Shown: positions 1-9,281 of the stretch, one piece after another
Layout: the number at the start of each line of letters is the position of its first letter
How positions within the stretch are numbered: the first letter of the stretch is position 1
Assembly: GCA_008369845.1 (NCBI GenBank)
Contig: MRSU01006106.1
Coordinates: forward strand, 1-32,071
DNA length: 32,071 nucleotides
DNA from: Trichomonas gallinae
Lineage: Eukaryota
Direction of reading: 5' to 3'
Translations under genes and position numbers: made by a program
The notes under the pieces: model-generated
What the model saw: the letters and a program-made list of their open reading frames with translations, nothing else
Database searches by the model: none
Told to the model about the DNA's origin: nothing

Positions 1-1
1 T

Positions 2-79
2 AAGGAATACGCAGCCGTCCTCCGCCAGAAGTACCTCAACAACAAGATGGCATGGTTCTTCAAGCCACTCCAGTTCTAA
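2..79 (+). CDS. RPL27: 60S ribosomal protein L27e, C-terminal fragment (gene begins before the window)
   Basis: Frame 2 reads KEYAAVLRQKYLNNKMAWFFKPLQF*, matching the L27e C-terminus (KNKWFFQKLRF-like). Strong high-expression codon bias (AAG, TTC, CTC, AAC). TAA stop lies within TAAA. Confidence 0.88.
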   Translation, partial: KEYAAVLRQKYLNNKMAWFFKPLQF

Positions 80-210
80 ATCGAGTATATTTAATAATGG
101 TGATTGATAAAATTAAATTTATACAAAATCTAAATTTTAATATTTTCCTTTCGAACCCTTACCATCACATATAATACAACTAAATAAGCTCTAAAACAAG
201 CTTAAAAATA

Positions 211-394
211 GATGAAAAAAACATATTTAATTTCCTTTGATGATTTTCAAGTTTTTGCAATGAAAATTGGTTATATTGATTGATTCTAAGTTTATTTCAA
301 GTATTATTGATGAAAAAAAAATATTTTTTTCCATTGATGATTTTCAAGTTTTTGCAATGAAAATTGGTTATATTGATTGATGATGAGTTTATTT
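211..394. repeat. Tandem duplication, ~97 bp period, 2 copies
   Basis: Identical 48-nt core TTGATGATTTTCAAGTTTTTGCAATGAAAATTGGTTATATTGATTGAT at 237-284 and 334-381, with similar flanks. Confidence 0.95.
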
Positions 395-419
395 TTCGAT
401 GGAAAAAAAATTAAAAAAA

Positions 420-1754
420 ATGAGCGACGATGTTAGGATCGCACATGAAAGGGAAGCCCTTCCTGAAAACGAGTCAGGAGGCCCATTTCTGATAGACAGT
501 ATCGAGAAGCCTATATTTATCTTCATTCTCGTCTTCTTACTCGGATTTATTTTAGTCAGAATTACTTCCGCGACTTGGTCGAGCAATGGAGTACAGAGGA
601 AGAGCGAAATATGCAACATTAACAAAGATCTCAAAGAAAATTCTATGAATGTCGATTTAGTACTTTCTTCAATTTCATCAATTCATAAAAACATCGTGTT
701 AAAGTGCGCTGCAATTCTAAATGATGCGGCAAATAGTATCAAAGATATCGATTACAGTTTTCTTGTCCACTACTTAAAGAATGGCGAAGTTATTGATTCG
801 AAAGCCATCAAAAACGAAAAGTCTTCCATTTCTTTCTCAAGCGGCTCCGGTGTAAGCCAGGAAATAGAATTATTCCTTCACTCAAATGAAGTTAATTTCG
901 ATGAAATTGACCTTCAATTGTCAATTAACTCAAATCTTGAATTGCTCAAGGCATTTCGCTTCACATGGGAGCTTGAGAATGTAAATGCTGAGAAATATGT
1001 TGTTATTTCCCGCTTAATCCTTACAGGAATGATTTCATATGTTTTGGGAATTTACGTAATTCACTCTGGCTTCGGTTTCATCAGCGCATCACAGCTTGTC
1101 TGCACATTCCTTGGCGTTTTTGGTTGCTTAGCTTCTCTTCCTCTTAAGAAATTTATAGATCACGAAAGATATCTTTTCATTAACAGCATCTTAACAGCTT
1201 TCGTTGTTTACACATACAGATTATATTGCAACTTACAGATTAGAGCAGTCGACAACAGAACAGGAACAATTCCAATCGTAGAAATTATCTTAAATATTGT
1301 ATTTTACTTAGTTTACATCATTCTCAATGGTGTTGCCTTTAGCACCATTGATAACATTGTTCTTACATCCAATTTCCTTCTTTATTCAGCAATTTTCGAA
1401 GCAATCTTTGTAGGCATCACAATGACTCGTCAAATCTTCTTCGGTAAGATATTTAGTGCGAAGAGATTCGTTTTCTTCATTAGCATGTCCGCAATTAACA
1501 TTATTTTCAATTTGACAATTCAGAATAAGTTTGTTGTTGACCCGAGAACACTCTTCTATGCTGTAGAATCAGGCCTATGGTCATCCCTTCACACTGTTAT
1601 GATCGTTTTCGTTTTGTTCTTAATGCAATTTAATATTGACGAAGGATACAACCAGATCAACGACATGAAGATTAATTTACCAGAATTCTTCGAAGCTGAT
1701 CATGAGGCTGATCTTAATGATTTTGAAAATGCTGACGATGATGAAGGAGCTTAA
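420..1754 (+). CDS. Multi-pass membrane protein, TMEM181/Wntless-like
   Basis: N-terminal TM, ~140 aa luminal domain, then about 7 TMs and an acidic tail. FTWELENVNAEKYVVISRLIL resembles TMEM181 FTWKTYNPAFSRLEIWFRFFF. Start placed at ATG 420 because the 399 extension is a poly-A run. Confidence 0.65.
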   Translation: MSDDVRIAHEREALPENESGGPFLIDSIEKPIFIFILVFLLGFILVRITSATWSSNGVQRKSEICNINKDLKENSMNVDLVLSSISSIHKNIVLKCAAILNDAANSIKDIDYSFLVHYLKNGEVIDSKAIKNEKSSISFSSGSGVSQEIELFLHSNEVNFDEIDLQLSINSNLELLKAFRFTWELENVNAEKYVVISRLILTGMISYVLGIYVIHSGFGFISASQLVCTFLGVFGCLASLPLKKFIDHERYLFINSILTAFVVYTYRLYCNLQIRAVDNRTGTIPIVEIILNIVFYLVYIILNGVAFSTIDNIVLTSNFLLYSAIFEAIFVGITMTRQIFFGKIFSAKRFVFFISMSAINIIFNLTIQNKFVVDPRTLFYAVESGLWSSLHTVMIVFVLFLMQFNIDEGYNQINDMKINLPEFFEADHEADLNDFENADDDEGA

Positions 1755-1915
1755 ATCAGCTCCTTTTAATGTAGATGTGTAGCATATATTTCCTATTTAT
1801 TTTCACTTCAGTCGAAAATAAATATAAATGATTAAATTTTTGATTTAGAAAGCTAAAACCGGACAATAGATAAAAATATATATCATTTCTTTTTAGAAAA
1901 ATTCTTATTTCATTG

Positions 1916-2806
1916 ATGTTGTTTTTATTTATTATCAATCAGATTATTACTTTTTCATCTCAAGGCTATTACACCTTAGCTTTCCCTGATAAAGACGAAT
2001 TCAAGCTGGATCTCACAAATAAAATCTGTATTTTTTTCGGAAACGATATTTCTGAAAAATTCAAAATTTATAATAACACGAAAGAGATTTTTCCATTTAC
2101 AAATGAAACAACAACATTATTAAAGGACGATACTTATCAAGTAACAATGAAGAAAGCCGCGAAATTAATTTTTTGGATTATTGATAAACCGATTTGCGAC
2201 TCAAATATCTTATATTTAGAAACACCAAATACAGTACAATTAGATTTCGATTTACCAAATACAACGAAACCGATTTGCGTCATTTTCCAAAATCAATTCG
2301 CTGAAGGATTTGCATTAGCAACAATTAAATCGACTAATCCATATACACAGTCAATGTACTATGATTCTCTTGTAATTGGTGATCCAAAAATCAAGTGTGA
2401 ATTAGGCAGAAAATGTTTGTTGAACTCAAGAGCTCCTTTCTTCTTCAAAACTATAAATACATCATCATCTAAGCTCACATTGAAATTCAAGGCCATCAAA
2501 CCTAAAGATTCAGTCAAGAATTGTAGTATTGAATACAGAAATGCAATTTTCAAAGGTGTTGAACCACATTTACAATGCGGAAAGATGTTTGATGACGTAT
2601 CAATATTGGTCTACATTTCCTTCTTTGTGTTTGTATCTTTAGGTTTAATTGCATTATTTACAATGTTCATTCGTAACATTTGCTGCCCGCAAATCTACAA
2701 GGTAGACTTTTCGTCAATCAAAAATGCACCATTTGCTCATGAACTTCCTAGAAAAGAAGATCCAACCGGAAAAGATGATGTAGATGATAAAGCAATTGAG
2801 ATCTAG
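1916..2806 (+). CDS. Hypothetical type I membrane protein
   Basis: Short hydrophobic signal-like N-terminus, Cys-containing ectodomain, one C-terminal TM (VSILVYISFFVFVSLGLIALFTMFI) followed by CC and a charged tail. First ATG is 1916 (1913 is TTG). Confidence 0.8.
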   Translation: MLFLFIINQIITFSSQGYYTLAFPDKDEFKLDLTNKICIFFGNDISEKFKIYNNTKEIFPFTNETTTLLKDDTYQVTMKKAAKLIFWIIDKPICDSNILYLETPNTVQLDFDLPNTTKPICVIFQNQFAEGFALATIKSTNPYTQSMYYDSLVIGDPKIKCELGRKCLLNSRAPFFFKTINTSSSKLTLKFKAIKPKDSVKNCSIEYRNAIFKGVEPHLQCGKMFDDVSILVYISFFVFVSLGLIALFTMFIRNICCPQIYKVDFSSIKNAPFAHELPRKEDPTGKDDVDDKAIEI

Positions 2807-2989
2807 ATCTAGAGCTAAGATGTGCTTTAATGTATTATCACGGCAATGTTTTTTTTTAAACAATTTATTAATTTATATATTTTTTAATTGAATAGGAGCA
2901 TGATAACAATGTAATCAATAATTCTGATATAGAGTTAATAGAAATTCAACTATTAAAGTTTTGTAAATTGTTATATTAATTTCATAAAA

Positions 2990-3290
2990 TTTAAAAAATA
3001 GTAAAATGAGCCTTATAATGCTTAATAAATTAATAAACAATTCTATGTTAGTGCATATTTATGCTGGTTTTGACTCGTTTTTAAAATCGAAGATTTCTAA
3101 AAATTATTAAATTAAGCCTTTTGATGATTGACATTATATTAAGATTCATGAGTTTAGGGCACTTTTATGTTTATTTTGATCAAATTTGAGTATTGAAGAT
3201 TCTAGAAATAAAATTATTGAAACGAGCCTTTTGATACTTGATATCTTATTAGGTTTCTTGAGACTAGCACATTTTTTGCTAGTTTTTGTA
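2990..3290. repeat. Degenerate tandem repeat, ~107 bp period, about 3 copies
   Basis: RAGCCTT anchors at 3008, 3114 and 3223, each followed by similar T(A/G)AT...GCA(C/T)...TTT.TG blocks. Boundaries approximate. Confidence 0.6.
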
Positions 3291-4214
3291 GTTTCAAGGA
3301 TTTCTTATTTTGATAGCGAATTTCAATAAGGAATAATGATAAATGTATGATTTAGTTTATTCATTAGGCTGGGAAAACGAATACAAGACATAATAATGAT
3401 GAATTTGTTTGACCACAACCAATGAAAAAATATCGAATTCATTTTCCAACGATTATACCCATGTTTTTATCCGTAAATTCTATTTAAAACTAGGAGATTG
3501 TTGACAATTTTCATTAGTTCAGCTTCAACCTGTAAAAATTCCTTAGACGAAATTTTAGAAAAGTTAAAGGAACTTTTTGTAGTCTAAATTTGCCAATAAC
3601 CAAGTGTTTCTTCTTCTCTTTTTGCAATTCCGATGAGAGATTGCTCGATGACTTTTGATTTAAATCAAAAGTTTCATAATTGGAGTAAATGACATAATTA
3701 TAAAACATATTTTGCCTTTATATCTTTCATTCCGCTGCATTTTGCAACTAAAATATTATTTTTCAAAATGGTTGCAGTTGTGACCAATTTTTCACGTATA
3801 GAATATATTGAAATAACATGGACTTCATGTTTTTGGTGTTAAAAGAAGCTTTTTCGATGATTTTCGTTGAATTTGAATTCGAAATTAAGATCAAAACGCT
3901 TTTATTAGTGTGAAATGGCCATAACAAACTATTTTAAAACAGAATTTATAGATATGAAATAGAAAGAACAAGTAAATAAGAAGAAAATCAACAATATTTG
4001 AAAAACGGTTTTTATCCATCAATAGAGAACAAAAATCGGTTTGACATCACCTGACCAATTAAATTTTTAATCTTTGTAGAGTGTATATTTGAATTTTAAT
4101 AAAATCAGAAATTTTCCATAAAACGGTTATTTCTCCATTCTCAAAATTGTGAACCATTGAACTGATTTGCATATAGTTTAGTTTTATATATGGAGTCTTT
4201 TTACAAAATTTTCA

Positions 4215-4256
4215 TAAAACGATTAAAACGGTTAAAACGGTTAGAATCAATTCACT
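4215..4256 (+). promoter_or_regulatory. Core promoter: tandem M3/Myb-like motifs plus initiator (Inr)
   Basis: (TAAAACG[A/G]T)x3 at 4215-4241 gives AACGGTT at 4227 and 4236. TCACT Inr at 4252-4256, 8 nt before ATG 4265. Confidence 0.75.
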
Positions 4257-4264
4257 TTTTAATA

Positions 4265-5254
4265 ATGACCCGTATCATATCTAAGGCATTAGTTGAGCAA
4301 ATTTTCACACCAGAGATTGCCATCAAGGCATGTCTTAAGGCCTTCTCTGTCATCTCTCACAAGAAGTTTACTGCACCAGTTAGAACAACATTGGCGACAG
4401 GCGTCCAGGATTTGCTTCTCATGCCATGCGCTGTACATGAGGAGAACAGGACAGATCTCGCAATCAAGATCTTATCTGTCGTTCCAGGAAACCGCGCAAG
4501 AGGATTACCACTTATCCCAGGCAAATGCTTAGTCTACGATAACGAAACAGGAGCCCTCGATGCTATCATGGATGGTTTCATGGTCACATTCAAGCGCACA
4601 GGCGCTGTTGCCGGCGCAACATCTCAGCTTCTTCACCCAGCACCAGCTGAGACTGTTGTCATCTTCGGATGCGGCGCTCAGGGCTATGCTGGCCTCGAAT
4701 CCATCCTCACAGCTCACCCAGAAGTCAAGAAAGTTTATGCATTTGATTTCTTCAAGGCCGCTGCTGAGTCTTTCGTCGCTAAGCACTCAGAAAAGGATAA
4801 GACACGCCAATATATCGTCGGCGATGATACAGAAAAGGCTGTCCGCGAAGCAGATATCATCCATTGTGCAACAACATCCAAGGAAGCCTTATTCAAGGGT
4901 GAGTGGGTTAAGGAGGGCGCCCACATCTCAGCTATTGGCGCATACAAGCTCGATATGCGTGAACTTCCAAACGATCTCTTATCTAGAGAGAACGTCCGCG
5001 TTTTCATCGATCAATTCGAGGCTATGCGCGAAGAGGCTGGCGATATAATGGACGCCATCAACAATGGTTTCATAAAGGAGGAGCAGCTCATGGAGTTTGG
5101 CACTGTTATTAACGGTGAAAACGAGGGCAGACAGAATGAGAAGCAGATCACTATTGCTAAGATGGTTGGTGTTGCTGCTCAGGATACAGTTGCATCACAG
5201 ATGATCTTTGACCTTGCTAAGGAGCAAAATCTCGGTGTTGTCGTTGAGATTTAA
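4265..5254 (+). CDS. Ornithine cyclodeaminase / mu-crystallin family NAD(P)-binding enzyme
   Basis: Family motifs LMP, AIKILSVVPGN, TFKRTGA, Rossmann IFGCGAQG, ADIIHCATTS, GAHISAIGA, KMVGVAAQD. Start at ATG 4265 after the Inr; the ORF-track extension is the promoter repeat (KRLKRLKRL). Confidence 0.95.
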   Translation: MTRIISKALVEQIFTPEIAIKACLKAFSVISHKKFTAPVRTTLATGVQDLLLMPCAVHEENRTDLAIKILSVVPGNRARGLPLIPGKCLVYDNETGALDAIMDGFMVTFKRTGAVAGATSQLLHPAPAETVVIFGCGAQGYAGLESILTAHPEVKKVYAFDFFKAAAESFVAKHSEKDKTRQYIVGDDTEKAVREADIIHCATTSKEALFKGEWVKEGAHISAIGAYKLDMRELPNDLLSRENVRVFIDQFEAMREEAGDIMDAINNGFIKEEQLMEFGTVINGENEGRQNEKQITIAKMVGVAAQDTVASQMIFDLAKEQNLGVVVEI

Positions 5255-5880
5255 AGTAAAGAATTCGTATAAGTATTAATTATTTAGCAGTGTTTACAAA
5301 TACGTGCTCGCAATAAGACTTTACCTATCAAATATTATTCGAAAAAAAATTATTTTGCTCTTTTAATATTAACAATATAATTTTCTTCTAATATATGTAA
5401 ATTAGTATCATTGCTTAACTGTATCATAGCCTTTCAACCGTTAATTAAATTAATATTAATATCGTTCAACACTTATGTTGATTCATAATCACTGTACAAT
5501 TATATTTAAAACACGATTTCAAACTCCTTACTTTATAATAAGTTGAATATTCATTTTAGTTTTTTAATTTTTGATTCATTATCAGCTGTTTTGCAGTTTA
5601 TAGATGCTAAACCAATCAGCATACAATAATACAACGCAAGCTATTCCTTCTCATATTCATTTTTAATTTATTTATGATAGATGAAAAAAAAATCACAAAA
5701 TAGATAGAACCAATATATTTTAGTTATATTAGAAAACATGTGTCATTATAATAATGAACTGAAAAGATTCCTTTGTTATACTAAAATGATGTGAAATCTT
5801 TTTTGTTATAATGTGATAAATTTACCACCAAACTTATAGAAAAATTCTATGAGTCGTATCAAAATCACTTGTATATATAT

Positions 5881-7926
5881 TCATTCTTCTAATAGTGTTA
5901 ATTCTCCATTTTCGAAAGTCATGTGACTCTCGAAATCGTATATTCCATTTTCTCGGCAAAATTGTATCAGATGCTGAAGTATTTGGGGATTATTAGATGT
6001 AAGATACTGAAAAACAAATGATAGCATCTTAAAATCATCATTTTCAAAGTCAGAAGGGTAAACATTATGCTGCGATAAAATATAGCCTAAGTTAAGAAAT
6101 ACATTTTCTGTATTTTGACATTTTGCAAAAACATAGCAGAAACAAATCTTCCCCAATTCACTATTATCGTCGATTGATAGACACACTCCATTAAGCAAAA
6201 CTTTGCTAATCTCATCTCCATCAAATCTATTTCCGTAGTATTTAATTATTTCTTGCAATAAAAGGAGAATAAAGTGAATATCATACGAATCTACTTCATC
6301 ATCTTTGATACCAGATTTATCGGGTGTAATTAAATTCATTATTGCATTTAATAATTCTTGTATTATATCTATTTCTTGTTCTTCGAAACTATTGACAATT
6401 ATTCTGTATTCATCATGACTGATTACTTGAGTCCAAAGTTTATAAATTTGAGTGCATGTGTTAAATTGCTCATGAATTAAAAGATTATATATAAATTCTG
6501 GTTCAATTGGAATATTCTTCTTATGTTCAAGGATTTCTGTGGATAATTTGACTGCTAACAAATACCAAATTTGAATATTAACAACATCCAAGCTAAATAT
6601 TATTGCGCTAAAAGAAGATACAAAATCATCATTTAATATTGTAATGATGCGTGAATAAAAATGAGTCATTGAGCATAAATATAACTCTGTTTGTTGAAAC
6701 TTAACTGATAGTTCGAAAAATGACTGAATTTTGTTTTTCATTACAGGATTCTCTGGAAATTCGAAGAATAACTCTGAAACACAATAAAAAATGCTTTCTA
6801 TTCTAAAATCAAACTCAAGTGATTGTATTGACTTATATAAATAATCTAAGCAATCTCCTAGCTGTTCTTCACCAATTAATTTATGTAAAAGGAAGTGAAC
6901 ATAGTCTCTGGGTGAATAATGAGATTCTTCATTGATTTCATATGACATAGAATAGAAATATAATGGATTCGATCCGATGTCTTTGAAATTCTCTGTAATA
7001 TCGCTTGCAGCAATGCATAATTCTAAAATTAAATCAAGAACATCACAAAAAAAGTCAGAATAAAATAAAATATATCTAATGATTTTGAATGGAATTTCTG
7101 TATAATAATATGCTTGAATTAAGTTCGGCAATGATTCTTTAACGCACAATCCAATCTTTTCGAGAACAGTTGGCCGCCTAATTCCATAAACATTTACTTC
7201 AATAAAGAAATTTTCAATGATTGAGGAAACTACAGCTGGATTAACTATATGTTCACCATTTACGCTTGCAATAAGGTTTAAACAGTCGTTAAATAATATA
7301 TTTTCTGAATAATCAATATCTTCAAAAACATTGCTTGAAAAATAGAAGCAAATTTCAGAATATGTATTAATTATCGCATTATCTAAAACATTATCTTGAC
7401 AAAAATATTCATGTGTATAATTACCGAATTCTTCGAAAAATTGTCGAGGATCAATAGAAAATAGATCAGTTGTCCCTGGATTTGGTGTATGTATATATAA
7501 TCGGATCAGCTTGAACATCAATGGAACTGTGTAGTACTTTCTTTCGATATTATCAGATTCAAAAAATCTGTTTAATATGATGCTCGAAGTATTATGGATG
7601 CCCACAAAGTATGAAACCTTTAGATATAGATAAAGTAAGATATCATATCGCATATTTAATGTGTAATAAATATCAATAATTGATTCGAACAAATTGATGT
7701 AATTCGTGTCTTCCGCGAACAGGTTATGGTCACATATACGGCTGATATTGGCTTGTGCGTAAGTTACTAGTTTAGGATCATAATTATCCGAATTTTGAAT
7801 TATTTGTAGTAAAAAAGACAGTGACTGATATGATTTTAATAATGCAGCAGCCTCTTCATTCTGCCTTTCGACTTCTTCTGGACTAATACTATATAAATCA
7901 TTCAGTTTTTGTATAAATTCTTCCAT
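5881..7926 (-). CDS. Hypothetical alpha-helical (HEAT/ARM) protein, possibly a highly divergent importin-beta family (importin-7/8-like) member
   Basis: 681-aa intact ORF. The N-terminus (FIQKLNDLYS...SFLLQIIQNSDNYDPKLV) resembles the importin N-terminal domain, and SPRDYVHFLL resembles importin-7 SPxxAAxxLL. Product call is tentative. Confidence 0.6.
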   Translation of the reverse strand: MEEFIQKLNDLYSISPEEVERQNEEAAALLKSYQSLSFLLQIIQNSDNYDPKLVTYAQANISRICDHNLFAEDTNYINLFESIIDIYYTLNMRYDILLYLYLKVSYFVGIHNTSSIILNRFFESDNIERKYYTVPLMFKLIRLYIHTPNPGTTDLFSIDPRQFFEEFGNYTHEYFCQDNVLDNAIINTYSEICFYFSSNVFEDIDYSENILFNDCLNLIASVNGEHIVNPAVVSSIIENFFIEVNVYGIRRPTVLEKIGLCVKESLPNLIQAYYYTEIPFKIIRYILFYSDFFCDVLDLILELCIAASDITENFKDIGSNPLYFYSMSYEINEESHYSPRDYVHFLLHKLIGEEQLGDCLDYLYKSIQSLEFDFRIESIFYCVSELFFEFPENPVMKNKIQSFFELSVKFQQTELYLCSMTHFYSRIITILNDDFVSSFSAIIFSLDVVNIQIWYLLAVKLSTEILEHKKNIPIEPEFIYNLLIHEQFNTCTQIYKLWTQVISHDEYRIIVNSFEEQEIDIIQELLNAIMNLITPDKSGIKDDEVDSYDIHFILLLLQEIIKYYGNRFDGDEISKVLLNGVCLSIDDNSELGKICFCYVFAKCQNTENVFLNLGYILSQHNVYPSDFENDDFKMLSFVFQYLTSNNPQILQHLIQFCRENGIYDFESHMTFENGELTLLEE

Positions 7927-8355
7927 TATAGAAAAATAAAAACAGGGTCTGGTAAAAATAAAAAAGAGAAATTTACAATGTCAGTTTTTTGTCACATTTT
8001 GATTTATTGAGAAATTCTCGGAAAGTAAAATCTTGCTATAACTTTACATGCTTGAGACTTTCTAGCTTTTAGGTTCGGATACATTATTATACAGTTAATA
8101 ATATACCTATTTCTAATACTAGTTTGTTAATTCACTCTAAGAAAGCCAACTAATTGAGTTTTTTTTTCTTAGTAGATTTATTGATGTCAATAAGCCAAAA
8201 AATAAAGTGTCAAAATGTCAGATTTTGTAACAATGATTATCTTTGAATTTCACGCAATTATATAATTATTTCTGCAGTTATTGGTTCAAATTGGTCTGTT
8301 TGCATTGCTATATTTTACTTGATTTTATAGAATAGAAGTGGAGAATTTAAATATA

Positions 8356-8573
8356 TGCAGGGGATGAAAAATTTAAAAAGGCGAAACTGGCATAATTTGT
8401 AAAGTGGCGAATTTATTAATTTACATGACATGAAATTTTGTTTGTTTGCTGGGGATGTAAAAAATTAAAAAGGGACGATCGAAAACTGTCATAATTTGTA
8501 AAGTAGTAAATTTATAACTTTACATGACATGAAATTTTGTTTGTTTGCAGGGGATGAAAAAATTAAAAAGGCG
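8356..8573. repeat. Tandem repeat, ~91-99 bp period, about 2.3 copies, abutting the ITPase start
   Basis: TGC(A/T)GGGGATG..AAAAAGG units start at 8356, 8447 and 8546. TTTACATGACATGAAATTTTGTTTGTTTGC is identical in two copies. Confidence 0.95.
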
Positions 8574-8582
8574 CAAATCAGA

Positions 8583-8590
8583 AAAGTGAC
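8583..8590 (+). promoter_or_regulatory. AAAGTGAC upstream motif (M2-like trichomonad core motif)
   Basis: AAAGTGAC ends one base before ATG 8592. The same motif occurs twice before the IBD gene. Confidence 0.55.
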
Positions 8591-8591
8591 T

Positions 8592-9161
8592 ATGGCTGCG
8601 AAACAAATTACATTTGTTACAGGAAATCACAACAAGCTTCGTGAAGCCCAACAAATCCTCGGTGTTAACTTAGTCAATCTCGACATTGATATCCCAGAAC
8701 TCCAATTATTCACATCTGATGAGGTCGCAGTTTATAAAGCTAAGGAAGCCGCTAAAATTGTCGGTGGCCCAGTTATTGTCGATGATACAGCCTTACACTT
8801 CAACGCAATTGGCGGTCTGCCAGGTGCTTACATCAAAGCTTTCGTATCTCGCCTCAGACCGCTCGAAATTGCAAAGCTTCTCGATGGCTACGAAGATAAG
8901 TCCGGCTATGTTACTTGCAGCATCGGTTTCTGCCCAGGACCAAATGAAGAAGTTAAAGTTTTCACTGGTCGTGTGAATGGCACGATCGTCCATCCTCGCG
9001 GTGAAGGTGGCTTCGGATTTGACCCAATCTTCCAGCCAAATGGCTACGATCTCACATATGCTGAGCTTGATGCCGTTGTAAAGAATGAATGCTCACACCG
9101 CGGCCTTGCTCTCCGCCAGTTTAGAGATTCTGCAATTCTTAACGACTACAAACTTGTCTAA
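8592..9161 (+). CDS. ITPA: Inosine triphosphate pyrophosphatase (HAM1/ITPase)
   Basis: ITFVTGNHNKLRE, IPELQ, VDDTAL, GLPGAYIK, FGFDPIF, TYAEL, KNECSHR motifs. Start at ATG 8592; the upstream ATG 8529 lies inside the tandem repeat. Confidence 0.97.
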   Translation: MAAKQITFVTGNHNKLREAQQILGVNLVNLDIDIPELQLFTSDEVAVYKAKEAAKIVGGPVIVDDTALHFNAIGGLPGAYIKAFVSRLRPLEIAKLLDGYEDKSGYVTCSIGFCPGPNEEVKVFTGRVNGTIVHPRGEGGFGFDPIFQPNGYDLTYAELDAVVKNECSHRGLALRQFRDSAILNDYKLV

Positions 9162-9281
9162 AATATACAATTTTTCTTTTTTATAATAATAATCAATTGT
9201 TTTCATAAAGACCCCTTTTAAATGAAAGAATAGTGACGTTTAATCCGAAAACAAAATAAAAAATTAAATCTCTATATTAAA

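Noticed and set aside
211..394. Direct repeats (also 8356-8573 and 24114-24350) as a CRISPR array
   Set aside because: Only 2-3 units, the intervening sequence is itself duplicated rather than unique spacers, there are no cas genes, and the DNA is eukaryotic.
3514..3708. 64-aa ORF or pseudogene in the 1.4-kb spacer
   Set aside because: No homologous motif recognised and no supporting codon bias.
4293..5048. Overlapping 79-162 aa ORFs within the OCD gene (similarly within Vps4, WD40 and VPS9-like genes)
   Set aside because: Alternate-frame or antisense shadows produced by biased codon usage; no motifs, and many start with non-ATG codons.
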